A stretch of DNA of 64,000 bases from Chloroflexota bacterium (GTDB lineage Bacteria; Chloroflexota; UBA11872). This document shows, piece after piece, positions 1 to 8,503 of the stretch. Both the position numbers and the translations under genes were made by a program. The stretch covers positions 607,341 through 671,340 of the forward strand of contig OZ253587.1 of assembly GCA_965263175.1 (NCBI GenBank), written 5' to 3'. A model generated the notes under the pieces. That model made no database searches and was not told the DNA's origin. It worked only from the letters and a program-made list of their open reading frames with translations. Numbering within the stretch: position 1 is the first letter of the stretch; every line of letters begins with the position of its first letter.

Positions 1-8
1 AGGACGCC

Positions 9-653
9 GTGTTTGCCCAGCGGCGCTCGCAGCTCATAGCTGAGATCAGGGCGTCGGGTCGCGAGATATCGGCGCCGGTGCTGGCGGCGGTAGAACGGGT
101 GGATCGGCACCGGTTCGTGCGGCCTGAGAACAGGGACGAGGCGTACGAGAACCGGCCGCTGCCCATAGGCGAGGGGCAGACCATCTCGCAGCCGCTGATC
201 GTGGCGATGATGACCGAGGCGCTGGGCATTTCGCCCGGCGACCGGGTGTTGGAGGTGGGGACCGGATCGGGATACCAGGCGGCGGTTCTTGCGGAGATGG
301 GTGTCAAGGTTTACAGCGTGGAGATCATTCCGGCCCTGGCTGAGTGGTCGGAGGGGAACCTGCGCGGGGCTGGCTACGAGGAAGTCAAGCAGCGGACGAA
401 CGACGGATATTTCGGTTGGGAAGACGAGGCGCCGTTTGACGGGATCATTGTGACGGCGGCCCCAGATCATGTGCCGCAGCCGCTGATCCGGCAGCTGCGG
501 GTGGGCGGACGAATGATCGTGCCCGTCGGTCCGCCGGGGTTCTACCAGACGCTGTGGAAGATCGAGCAGACGGCGGAGGGGGTGGTGGCGACGAACCTTG
601 GACTGGTTCGCTTCGTTCCGCTTACCGGGGCGTGGACGGCTGAAGATCCGTAG
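9..653 (+). CDS. pcm: protein-L-isoaspartate O-methyltransferase, copy 1
   Basis: 214-aa ORF with PCMT hallmarks: GQTISQPLIVAMM, SAM-binding VLEVGTGSGYQAAVLAE and C-terminal VRFVPLTG. GTG at 9, but the frame is open to the window edge, so the start is approximate. Confidence 0.9.
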   Translation: MFAQRRSQLIAEIRASGREISAPVLAAVERVDRHRFVRPENRDEAYENRPLPIGEGQTISQPLIVAMMTEALGISPGDRVLEVGTGSGYQAAVLAEMGVKVYSVEIIPALAEWSEGNLRGAGYEEVKQRTNDGYFGWEDEAPFDGIIVTAAPDHVPQPLIRQLRVGGRMIVPVGPPGFYQTLWKIEQTAEGVVATNLGLVRFVPLTGAWTAEDP

Positions 654-2961
654 CTCGCCATAGCGGGACGGCGACGGCGTAGGCCGCGGCCGCGCCGAGC
701 AGCGTCCAGGCGAAGCCGATGGATACGATCAGGATGGCGGCCACGAAGGCGGCGGCGACCGAGGCCGTGCCGTTGACCGCCCAGGCCCACGAGATGGCTG
801 AGCGGTCGTCCGCCAGTGCGCGGATGGCGGAGGGCATGACGGTTCCCAAGGCCAGTGACGGCATGGCCGCCAGGACGCCCACGACTACCCGGACGGCGAG
901 CGGCGCGCCGAGGGCCAAGGGCGCAGCGAGCAACAGGCCACCGAGCAGCACGACGCCGAGGGCTGCGGTAGCGGCGGCATCGCCCGGTGTAGGGCGCCAC
1001 CAGCGCGAAGACAGGCTGCCGAGGCCGGCCCAGGCCAGCATGGCGGCGATGCCGGTGGCGAAGGCAAATGTGGGCGCGTCGAGCACCAGGATGAGTCGCT
1101 GCAGCAGGGCGATTTGCGTGGCCGTGAAGGCGACGCCGGCCGCGGCAACAAAGGCGAGGCGGCGGAGACCGACGCGACGGGCCCCGAGGCGACGGCGGCC
1201 CATGAGCGGGGCGATCGTGGTGAGGACGGCCGCGCCGGTGGCGGCCGCCGCCAATGGGACAAGCACCAGGAAACCCGCTCCGCCGAACGGCTGCCAGGTA
1301 CGGCCCGTCGAGGCCAGGACTTCGCCCCAGCGCGCCCAGTCGAAGTAGTGGAAGAAGTAGGGGCGGTCGTCGGTGACGGGCGCCCAGGCCTCCGGCGTTG
1401 GCTCGCCCCGAACCACGGCACGAAACGCGCGGTAGAGCGAGGTGTCGGGCAGGCGGTTGAAGCGGTTCGACTCCGCTTCCTGAAGTTTCACGTGAAACAC
1501 CCAGTCGAAGCCGTCGCGCTCAAGGACGTTTGTAAGCGCCTGGAGTTCCGCAGCTGTGAAGGGAGTTGGAGAGGCGACCATGGCCACGACTTCCAGCGAG
1601 CGCCAGGCCAGCACGTGGGCGGCTGGGTCGGCGATACCTGCCTGACGGAGGGCGTCCAGCACGGAGGCCCACATGCGTACTGACTCGGAGGGTGTGGCTT
1701 GCAGCCAGCGGGTTATGACGAGGCGGCCGTTGGGGGATAGGGCAGGCCAGCCGTCGGCGAGGGCGTCGCGGGTGAGGGCGTAAGTCTCGCGGAGGCCGAA
1801 GGTGCCCGCGGCCACGCCTTGAAAGGACTCGCGCAACGGCCAGATCACCAAGTCGTAGTCAGTGGCCGACCGCAGGGCCGAGCGGACGCCTTGCTCCACC
1901 ACGCGGACACGGTCATCGCCAATCACTGTGGCGTCGCCAACGTCGTGCCAGGCTTGGCGCAGGGCGGCGTCGGGTTGGATGAGGTCGACTTGGTCGACGC
2001 CGGCGCGGAGCAGGACAGCGGCATCGAAGGCGCCGATCGGATCGAGTAGCAGGGCCGATGCGGCGGGTCGTATGCCGATGGCGTGGGTGAGTGGGACGTG
2101 GTCCAGGGCCTCGGCAACGGGGACGTCCAGCGCCGCGGCGTTTCCGCCGTCGACGGTCACGCCGACGCTGGGCCTGGGAACCGGGCCGCTGTAGTTCAGG
2201 CTGAGGCCGGTGGCTGTGCGCAGCCCGGCGTTCTGGAGGACGTCCACGCGCGAGTTGGCCGAGAGCCTCGTGTCGAGGCGTCGGGCATCGGGGCGTTGCA
2301 GAGCCTGGGCGAGCTGTGAGTGGACGGAGACTTGGGGCCCGGCGGGCGCGATAACGATGGCTGCGACGACGAGGGCGATGGCCGTCAGGCCGGCACCGAT
2401 GGCCGGTAGCCGTGGGGCCGCGACGATCGGCGCGGCCACGGCAATGGCGGCGGCTAGCAAGATCGTCGTGGCCGATCCAGCCGAGGCCAACAGCGGCACG
2501 GCCAGCGCCGCGCCGGCGGCCGAGCCGACCAGACTCGCGCCATACGTCACTCCCGCCCGGGCCGGGTTGCGACGTAGCGCGGCGACGACGGCCACCCCGG
2601 CGCAGGTGAACGGCACCGCCGCCACGATGAAGAAGAGCGCCAGCCATACCAACTGACTGGCGTCGACACCGATCCGGTAGGTGTCGAGCGGAATGCGGTC
2701 GGCCGTGACATAGGCGCCGACGGCGGTGAGGGCGAAGAGTGCACCGGCCCAACTGATGGCTGTCTCAGGCGCCGCGCCGGCCAGACGCGAGGAGGTAGCC
2801 GTCAATGTCCCGGCCGCGCCGATGCCAAGCAGGGCCATGGCAATGGCGACGAAGGCGAAGTGGTGCCCCTGCGCAATCGCGTACACACGCGTAAGCGCAA
2901 TCTCGAAGAGCAAGCTGGCCGCTGAAACCAGGGCCAGACCGGCGACGAGCCTGAATTTCAC
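622..2961 (-). CDS. polytopic membrane protein, fused MFS/spermidine-synthase-like family
   Basis: 779-aa ORF. The N-terminal hydrophobic block begins LLFEIALTRVYAIAQGHHFAFVAIAMALLGIGAAG, a motif typical of membrane-anchored spermidine-synthase-like proteins. A central soluble region of about 300 aa is followed by a second C-terminal multi-helix hydrophobic block. The 3' end overlaps pcm copy 1 convergently by 32 nt. Confidence 0.6.
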   Translation of the reverse strand: MKFRLVAGLALVSAASLLFEIALTRVYAIAQGHHFAFVAIAMALLGIGAAGTLTATSSRLAGAAPETAISWAGALFALTAVGAYVTADRIPLDTYRIGVDASQLVWLALFFIVAAVPFTCAGVAVVAALRRNPARAGVTYGASLVGSAAGAALAVPLLASAGSATTILLAAAIAVAAPIVAAPRLPAIGAGLTAIALVVAAIVIAPAGPQVSVHSQLAQALQRPDARRLDTRLSANSRVDVLQNAGLRTATGLSLNYSGPVPRPSVGVTVDGGNAAALDVPVAEALDHVPLTHAIGIRPAASALLLDPIGAFDAAVLLRAGVDQVDLIQPDAALRQAWHDVGDATVIGDDRVRVVEQGVRSALRSATDYDLVIWPLRESFQGVAAGTFGLRETYALTRDALADGWPALSPNGRLVITRWLQATPSESVRMWASVLDALRQAGIADPAAHVLAWRSLEVVAMVASPTPFTAAELQALTNVLERDGFDWVFHVKLQEAESNRFNRLPDTSLYRAFRAVVRGEPTPEAWAPVTDDRPYFFHYFDWARWGEVLASTGRTWQPFGGAGFLVLVPLAAAATGAAVLTTIAPLMGRRRLGARRVGLRRLAFVAAAGVAFTATQIALLQRLILVLDAPTFAFATGIAAMLAWAGLGSLSSRWWRPTPGDAAATAALGVVLLGGLLLAAPLALGAPLAVRVVVGVLAAMPSLALGTVMPSAIRALADDRSAISWAWAVNGTASVAAAFVAAILIVSIGFAWTLLGAAAAYAVAVPLWRATDLQPSTPR

Positions 2962-3147
2962 CGAACCTCGACCGTCGGGACGTGCTGCTCAGCAGATCGT
3001 CACACGCCATAGGCACTGGGCACCGGCCGATCCCAGACGCGAGCAGGGCAGTCGTAGAATCTCCGCCGCTGTTTGCGCGCGGCAATGGCAGCGTTAGCAC
3101 AGCGTGTGGCAATGGGTCGGCATCTTCGATAATCATGGAGGTGCCAG

Positions 3148-3945
3148 GTGGAGGTCGCAGGCATGCCGCCTGTTCAGTTCGTTTTCACCATCAAGGGCGA
3201 TGCAATCCCACCGCGGCGATTTGCCGAGGCGGTTCGGTTATTTGCGCAATTGCTGGACGACGTTGATGCCGCCTACTCCCCCAACAACAAGCCGACGATG
3301 CGCTGGCGTCTCGGGAAGCTTGAATCCGGAAGTGCTGTCGTGCCCTATATCGGGACTAGCAGGACCGCAGCTATCCCGTCGACTGTGAACGTGCCGTTGC
3401 TCTGCGTGCAGGGAGTCCGCGAACTCCAGCACGGCGTGGGAGAGCCGTCTGTCTTCGGACGCGAGGAGATTGGGCACATTCACCAGATAGGTCGAATGAT
3501 CCGTAACGGGATGTCTGGGTTCCGTCTCGACGCTCCAGACAGCGGCACGCACGCCGAGATCACCCCGACTGCCGTTGCAAACGCCGCAAAATTCCTGGCG
3601 CAGCAAGAGACTCTTGGCGCAGTTGAGGGACGTTTGGAGGCCGTGAACATTCACGGAGAACGACTCCGCTTCACGGTCTGGGACGCTGTCTCCGGACAGT
3701 CGGTCCGGTGCCGCTTTGACGACAGCCTCTTCGACAAGGTTATCAAGGCACTTCGAGCCAAGGTTCTCGTCACTGGACGCGTGCATCGCGATCCCGACGG
3801 ACGACCGCGTGAAATCAGGGAGATTACAGAACTGCGAAACCTGAGTTTGACGCCGAAGCGCCGCAGCGTCCTCGAACTGGAGGGCATCTACTCTGCCATG
3901 GAGGGGAACACGCTCGACTATCTGGCGGATATTCGTGGCGAGTAA
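3148..3945 (+). CDS. hypothetical protein (265 aa), upstream partner of the PIN nuclease
   Basis: ORF with GTG at 3148 or ATG at 3163, each preceded by GGAGG. Its stop overlaps the start of the next gene by 11 nt. No family motif recognised by eye. GC is lower than in the flanks. Confidence 0.6.
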   Translation: MEVAGMPPVQFVFTIKGDAIPPRRFAEAVRLFAQLLDDVDAAYSPNNKPTMRWRLGKLESGSAVVPYIGTSRTAAIPSTVNVPLLCVQGVRELQHGVGEPSVFGREEIGHIHQIGRMIRNGMSGFRLDAPDSGTHAEITPTAVANAAKFLAQQETLGAVEGRLEAVNIHGERLRFTVWDAVSGQSVRCRFDDSLFDKVIKALRAKVLVTGRVHRDPDGRPREIREITELRNLSLTPKRRSVLELEGIYSAMEGNTLDYLADIRGE

Positions 3946-4423
3946 CCCGAATCGCGTCTATTGGGATTCCTGCGTGTACCTCGACTTCCTGCGCGGCGGG
4001 CATCCGAACCAGGCGCACATGAGGGCTGTATTGCGTGATTGGGAGGCCGGGAACGTAACCCTAGTCACATCGACACTGACCATCACTGAGGTTCTGTTCG
4101 TCAGGAACCTTCAACCGGCGGCGTGGCTGAATGCGTCGCAGCGCGCTGATCTGATCGATCTCTTTAAGCCAAGCGGAGAACGAAACCTCACACTTGGTGA
4201 ACTCACCAGGCCAATCGTCGAAGCCGCGCGCGATCTGTGCTGGGACCAGCTCATACGCCCAAAGGATGCCGTACACGTTGCCTCGGCAATTGCGGCCGAA
4301 TGCGAGGTTTTGCACACGCACGATGCGAATCTCCAGAAACGAAGCCGGCAGGTTGGCGGGAACCCGATTCTCCAAATCACGCCGCCGGCCTGGACCTGGC
4401 AGACCGGAATGGAGCTTCCCTAG
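3935..4423 (+). CDS. PIN-domain ribonuclease (VapC-like)
   Basis: 162-aa ORF with the four conserved acidic PIN positions readable: D11 (VYWDSCVY), E52 (TITEVL), D111 (KDAVHVASA) and D130 (HTHDANL). The GTG start overlaps the upstream ORF. Confidence 0.75.
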   Translation: MASNPNRVYWDSCVYLDFLRGGHPNQAHMRAVLRDWEAGNVTLVTSTLTITEVLFVRNLQPAAWLNASQRADLIDLFKPSGERNLTLGELTRPIVEAARDLCWDQLIRPKDAVHVASAIAAECEVLHTHDANLQKRSRQVGGNPILQITPPAWTWQTGMELP

Positions 4424-4528
4424 CTACACCCGCCCGCGGCGCGCCGTGTGACAAGCTTCGAAACGAAGGTTCCCGACCGCTACGGATGTCACGTGTTCTG
4501 GAAGCGGCGGCGCGGGCGCGAGAAGCTG

Positions 4529-5146
4529 ATGGCCGAGATTCGGCGGGCCGGCATCGTGCAGTCCGAGCCGGTACTCGAGGCCATTGAGCGAGTGGAGCGC
4601 CGGCACTTCGTGCGTCCGGACGACTCGAATCAGGCCTACGACAACCTTCCGCTGCCGATCGGGCGGGGCCAGACCATTTCGCAGCCGCTGGTGGTTGCGC
4701 TGATGAGCGAGGCGCTGGCTATCGGTGCGGGCGACCGCGTGCTGGAGATTGGAACCGGGTCGGGCTACCAGGCGGCGGTGCTGGCGGAGATGGGCGCCAC
4801 CGTCTTCAGCGTTGAGGTCATCCCGCCCCTGGCCGCCTGGGCGGCGGCGAACCTGCGGAAGGCGGGCTACCACGACGTCATGCTCCACACGGCCGACGGC
4901 TCCTTCGGTTGGGAAGAGCACGCGCCCTACGACGCGATCATCGTCACGGCGGCGGCCAGCCGGATTCCCCGTCCCCTGATCCCCCAGTTAAGGATCGGTG
5001 GGCGCCTGGTGGTTCCGGTGGGATCGAGCGCCTGGGATCAGACCCTGTGGGTGGTCGAGCGGACCGAGGAAGGCGAGACGTCCACCAACCTGGGGCCCGT
5101 GCGCTTTGTGCCGCTCACCGGCGACGGGCAGTACGCGGCTGGCTAA
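4529..5146 (+). CDS. pcm: protein-L-isoaspartate O-methyltransferase, copy 2
   Basis: GQTISQPLVVALM, VLEIGTGSGYQAAVLAE and VRFVPLTG. Start set at ATG 4529 (MAEIRRAG) by alignment with copy 1. The ORF is open from 4448. Confidence 0.9.
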   Translation: MAEIRRAGIVQSEPVLEAIERVERRHFVRPDDSNQAYDNLPLPIGRGQTISQPLVVALMSEALAIGAGDRVLEIGTGSGYQAAVLAEMGATVFSVEVIPPLAAWAAANLRKAGYHDVMLHTADGSFGWEEHAPYDAIIVTAAASRIPRPLIPQLRIGGRLVVPVGSSAWDQTLWVVERTEEGETSTNLGPVRFVPLTGDGQYAAG

Positions 5147-5166
5147 GCGCCGGGTTCAGCCTCTGG

Positions 5167-6375
5167 TTACACTCCCGGCTCGTTGCCGAAGCGGTCGTGT
5201 TCTTCGGGCGTGCCGTCGAACTCCAGCGCGATAACCGTGTCGATGGGATCGGGGGCGTAGGCCGGCAGGCCGCGCAGCCAGACGCGGTGTCCGCGTTGCT
5301 CCACGGCGACCGGGAGGTCGGAACCCAACAGGCGCGCGCCAAGGATGCGTCCCCCGACGCCGCCGACCACGATCTCCTCGCCCGGCCAGCGCCAGCAGTG
5401 CAGGTAGAGCGTATTGCCGATCTTCGTGTGCGTGCGGCCCGCACTGCTGATGCGCAGCCGGTCGGCGGTCGCTTCGCTGCCGTATATCGACTCGCCGTAC
5501 ACGTCCAGCCAGCGGCCCATGGCGCGCAGCCGCTCCACCGACTCGAACGGAATGCGGCCGTCGGGATCGGGCCCCACGTTTAGCAGGTAGTTCCCTCCGC
5601 CGTTGGCCGCGGTCACCAGGTAGTGAATGAGCTGTCGCTGGGACTTCCACTCCCGGTCGATGGTGGAATAGCCCCAGGTCGTGTTCATGGTCATGCAGCT
5701 CTCCCACAGCCGATCCGGGGAGGGCGTGACGTGCTGCTCGGGGGTATCGAAGTCCTCCGGCTGCATGGAGCGGTTGTTGATGAGGATGTCGGGGCGCAGA
5801 CGTCGGACTTCGGCGTTCAGCGGGGTCGAATCCCAGTCCTCCGGCGTGTAGGGCCAGCCGCCGTCGTACCACAGAACCGAGAGGTCGCCGTAATTGGTGC
5901 ACAGTTCCAGCACCTGCGCGTGCACGTAGGCCAGAAACTTCGCCCAGCCCTCAGGGTCGCGGGCCTTGCCGCGGAAGTAGGCCGGGTAGCGCCAATCCAG
6001 CAACGAGTAATAGAAGCCGTAGCGCATGCCGCGCTTCTCGCAGGCGTTCACGAATTCGGCCAGCAGGTCGCGGCGGGCCGCGGTCTTGGGGGCCGTGAAG
6101 TCCGAGACCTTGGAGTCCCAGAGGCTGAAGCCTTCGTGGTGGCGCGAGGTCAGGATCATGTAGCGCATGCCCGCGTCCTGGGCCAGGGCCACCCACTCCT
6201 CGGGGTTGTAGTGCTGGGGATTGAAGCGATCCGCCAGCCCGCGATATTCCTCCGGCGGAATGCTCTCCTGGTACATCGTCCACTCGTGGCGGGCCAGGAG
6301 CGCGTAGAGTCCCCAGTGGATGAACATGCCGAAGCGGGCGTCGTGCCACCAGGACAGTGCGGCGGGGGTCGGCAT
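5167..6375 (-). CDS. alpha-L-fucosidase, GH29 family
   Basis: WWHDARFGMFIHWGLYALLARHEW and HHEGFSLWDS motifs typical of GH29. ATG at 6375 is preceded by AAGGA. The ORF is open to 6489, which is an alternative start. Confidence 0.85.
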   Translation of the reverse strand: MPTPAALSWWHDARFGMFIHWGLYALLARHEWTMYQESIPPEEYRGLADRFNPQHYNPEEWVALAQDAGMRYMILTSRHHEGFSLWDSKVSDFTAPKTAARRDLLAEFVNACEKRGMRYGFYYSLLDWRYPAYFRGKARDPEGWAKFLAYVHAQVLELCTNYGDLSVLWYDGGWPYTPEDWDSTPLNAEVRRLRPDILINNRSMQPEDFDTPEQHVTPSPDRLWESCMTMNTTWGYSTIDREWKSQRQLIHYLVTAANGGGNYLLNVGPDPDGRIPFESVERLRAMGRWLDVYGESIYGSEATADRLRISSAGRTHTKIGNTLYLHCWRWPGEEIVVGGVGGRILGARLLGSDLPVAVEQRGHRVWLRGLPAYAPDPIDTVIALEFDGTPEEHDRFGNEPGV

Positions 6376-6641
6376 AGGGGAGTCCTTGGATTTGGGTGTG
6401 GAATAGCCGGCAGCATGCTCCGGCGTGGCGCCATTGGGCAATAGCGGGGCGCCGGGCTGTGGGTCATGTGGGCATTGGTGTGCCGTCATGCAGCGCGTTA
6501 GATGCGGGCGGACGCGCGGGTCCCTCGATCCGTCTGCCAGCAGGCGGCGAGGTTCCTGACTATTCCTCGCTCCGCTTGGAATGACCAGGGGCGCTCGGAG
6601 TATCTGTGTTGGCCGTCAAGGGGTCGTTATGCTCGTGCATC

Positions 6642-6899
6642 ATGCGAACGACGATCTCGTTGGATGACCAGTTGGCCAAGCAGGTGCGTCGCGCAGCAGC
6701 ATCCCGCGGCATGAGCGTGAGCGCATTTAATTCCAGAACGCTGGATGATGCGCTGAAGCGCCGCGACGCAACAGAGCCGCCGCCATTCCGGTTGGCGACT
6801 GTGCGTGGCGTTCGACCCCGTCCCGGAGTCGATCTGGACCGACCGAGGACGCTCGATACCCACGACGACGAGGAAATCTCCACGCGTGGGCGTCGGTGA
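6642..6899 (+). CDS. ribbon-helix-helix antitoxin (VapB/CopG-like), apparently orphan
   Basis: N-terminus MRTTISLDDQLAKQVRRAAASRGMSVSAF is the classic RHH antitoxin start. The stop TGA overlaps a GTG (GTGA), but the downstream frame runs only 24 codons. Confidence 0.65.
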   Translation: MRTTISLDDQLAKQVRRAAASRGMSVSAFNSRTLDDALKRRDATEPPPFRLATVRGVRPRPGVDLDRPRTLDTHDDEEISTRGRR

Positions 6900-6973
6900 T
6901 TCGAGCTACTGCCTCGCAGGATCAGTCGTTTGCATTGGCGTCTGCGCTCGTGGAACGCTCGACTGCTTGAACT

Positions 6974-7246
6974 GTGCCTGACCGTCGATCTCGCCTAACG
7001 CGTCCGCTCAATCCCATGCCGCCTGAGGTCGAACGTGCCCTGGAGGACGCCGGCCTGATGGAGGTCTACCAGGCCCGCCCGCCGTACCAGCGTAATGACT
7101 ACCTTGGCTGGATCGACCGGGCCAAGCGGCCCGGGACGAAGGCCCGCCGCCTGCAGCAGATGCTGGATGAACTGGAGCAGGGAGACGTGTACATGAAGAT
7201 GGCGTGGCGGCCTGGCGGAGCCCGCGGGCCTAAGGGAAGCGACTGA
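6974..7246 (+). CDS. YdeI/OmpD-associated family protein (short form)
   Basis: PPYQRNDYLGWIDRAKRPGTKARRLQQMLDELEQG matches the YdeI/OmdA C-terminal domain pattern. ATG at 7016 is an alternative start. Confidence 0.55.
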   Translation: MPDRRSRLTRPLNPMPPEVERALEDAGLMEVYQARPPYQRNDYLGWIDRAKRPGTKARRLQQMLDELEQGDVYMKMAWRPGGARGPKGSD

Positions 7247-7279
7247 CCAGGCGAGCCGAAGATGTGCAACGGCAGCGGG

Positions 7280-7308
7280 TTGATATGTGTATCGGTACAC
7301 GGTACAAT
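7280..7308 (+). promoter_or_regulatory. putative sigma-70-type promoter of higBA (TTGATA-N17-TACAAT)
   Basis: TTGATA at 7280-7285 and TACAAT at 7303-7308 with 17-nt spacing. The -10 element ends 5 nt before the higB GTG (7314), implying a leaderless or near-leaderless transcript. GTAC repeats (GGTACACGGTACA) overlap the spacer and could be an operator. Confidence 0.4.
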
Positions 7309-7313
7309 CAAGC

Positions 7314-7592
7314 GTGATTCGGACCTTCCGCCACCGTGGGCTCAGGCGGCTATATGATCGGGGCGACTCCAGCAGGCTGCGAGCGGACCAAGTGGAGCGG
7401 ATCAGGGTTGCGTTGGCGGTCCTTGATTCGGCGCGGTCACCGAATGACTTGTCAATGCCGGGATATCGGTTGCATCAACTGAAGGGCAGCCTTCAAGGAT
7501 TCTGGAGCATACGGATCACCGGAAACTGGAGGATTGTTTTTCGATTCGACGGTGACGACGTATATGACGTCGACTTGGTCGACTATCACTAG
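7314..7592 (+). CDS. higB: type II toxin HigB (RelE/ParE superfamily)
   Basis: [18 protein letters not shown]...[43 protein letters not shown] is the typical HigB sequence pattern. Toxin-first gene order matches hig loci. The ORF is open from 7287. Confidence 0.85.
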   Translation: MIRTFRHRGLRRLYDRGDSSRLRADQVERIRVALAVLDSARSPNDLSMPGYRLHQLKGSLQGFWSIRITGNWRIVFRFDGDDVYDVDLVDYH

Positions 7593-7608
7593 ACCTAAGG
7601 GAGAAACG

Positions 7609-7911
7609 ATGGCCATGTACGACCCCCCGCATCCCGGTCGAAACATCCAGGAGAACTGTCTGGAACCGCTTGGTTTGAGCGTCACGAACGCAGCTAAGGG
7701 CTTGGGTGTGGCGCGTCACACGCTGTCGCGGGTGCTGAACGGTAATGCGGGGATCTCGCCGGAGATGGCGATTCGACTCGAAAAGGCCGGCTGGTCGAAC
7801 GCCGAGTTCTGGCTGCGGCTCCAGGCCGCCTACGATTTGGCGCAGGCGCGCCAGCGCCAGGACCAGATCTTGATAGAGGCATCGTTACTTGAGGCCCAGC
7901 CGGCGGACTGA
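7609..7911 (+). CDS. higA: type II antitoxin HigA (XRE-family HTH)
   Basis: [73 protein letters not shown] at 7609 is preceded by AAGGGAG and lies 16 nt after the higB stop. Confidence 0.9.
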   Translation: MAMYDPPHPGRNIQENCLEPLGLSVTNAAKGLGVARHTLSRVLNGNAGISPEMAIRLEKAGWSNAEFWLRLQAAYDLAQARQRQDQILIEASLLEAQPAD

Positions 7912-8503
7912 CCGTCGACCAGTGTTCGGTGCTACTTGCTGACCAGGAGGGCGGCGGCTAGGTCCAGTAGCGCCAGGAAGCCCACGACGTCGGCCTCGGC
8001 GGTGACCACGACGCTCGGGCCCAACGCGGGGTTATTGCCAGGCGCTTCACGCCCAGTAGATTCACCGCGCCGACGACGCAGGTTGCATGTGTTGCGATCA
8101 GAAAGGCCGCCGCGCATTCAGGCCCTGACACTGGCCCCCGCCAGAAGCTCGTAGTGTCGTTAATGAGGTCCTCGGCCGAGCGAGCCAGCGTGGACTCTCG
8201 AGCCGAGCTGTGCGTTCCATGAGACGCGGTACAGACACCTAGGCCCGGCACCGGTTCATCCAGTTACCAGACAGACTAAGCGCCGTAGACGTGTCGGGGA
8301 TGTGCGACTGATTGCGACGGCCAGAGGCTGCGGTTCCGCCTTGAGCGTAATGCAGCGAGGAGGTCGACTAAGGAGTCCGAACAACTGGCTTTCCACAATG
8401 ATCTTGTACTGTCTGTATAGTCGTGATCGAGTGAACTCGGCAGCGGCGATAGTCCCTGCGCACACTCCGACGGGTCGCCAGCACTATTCGAGGGAGGCTT
8501 GGC

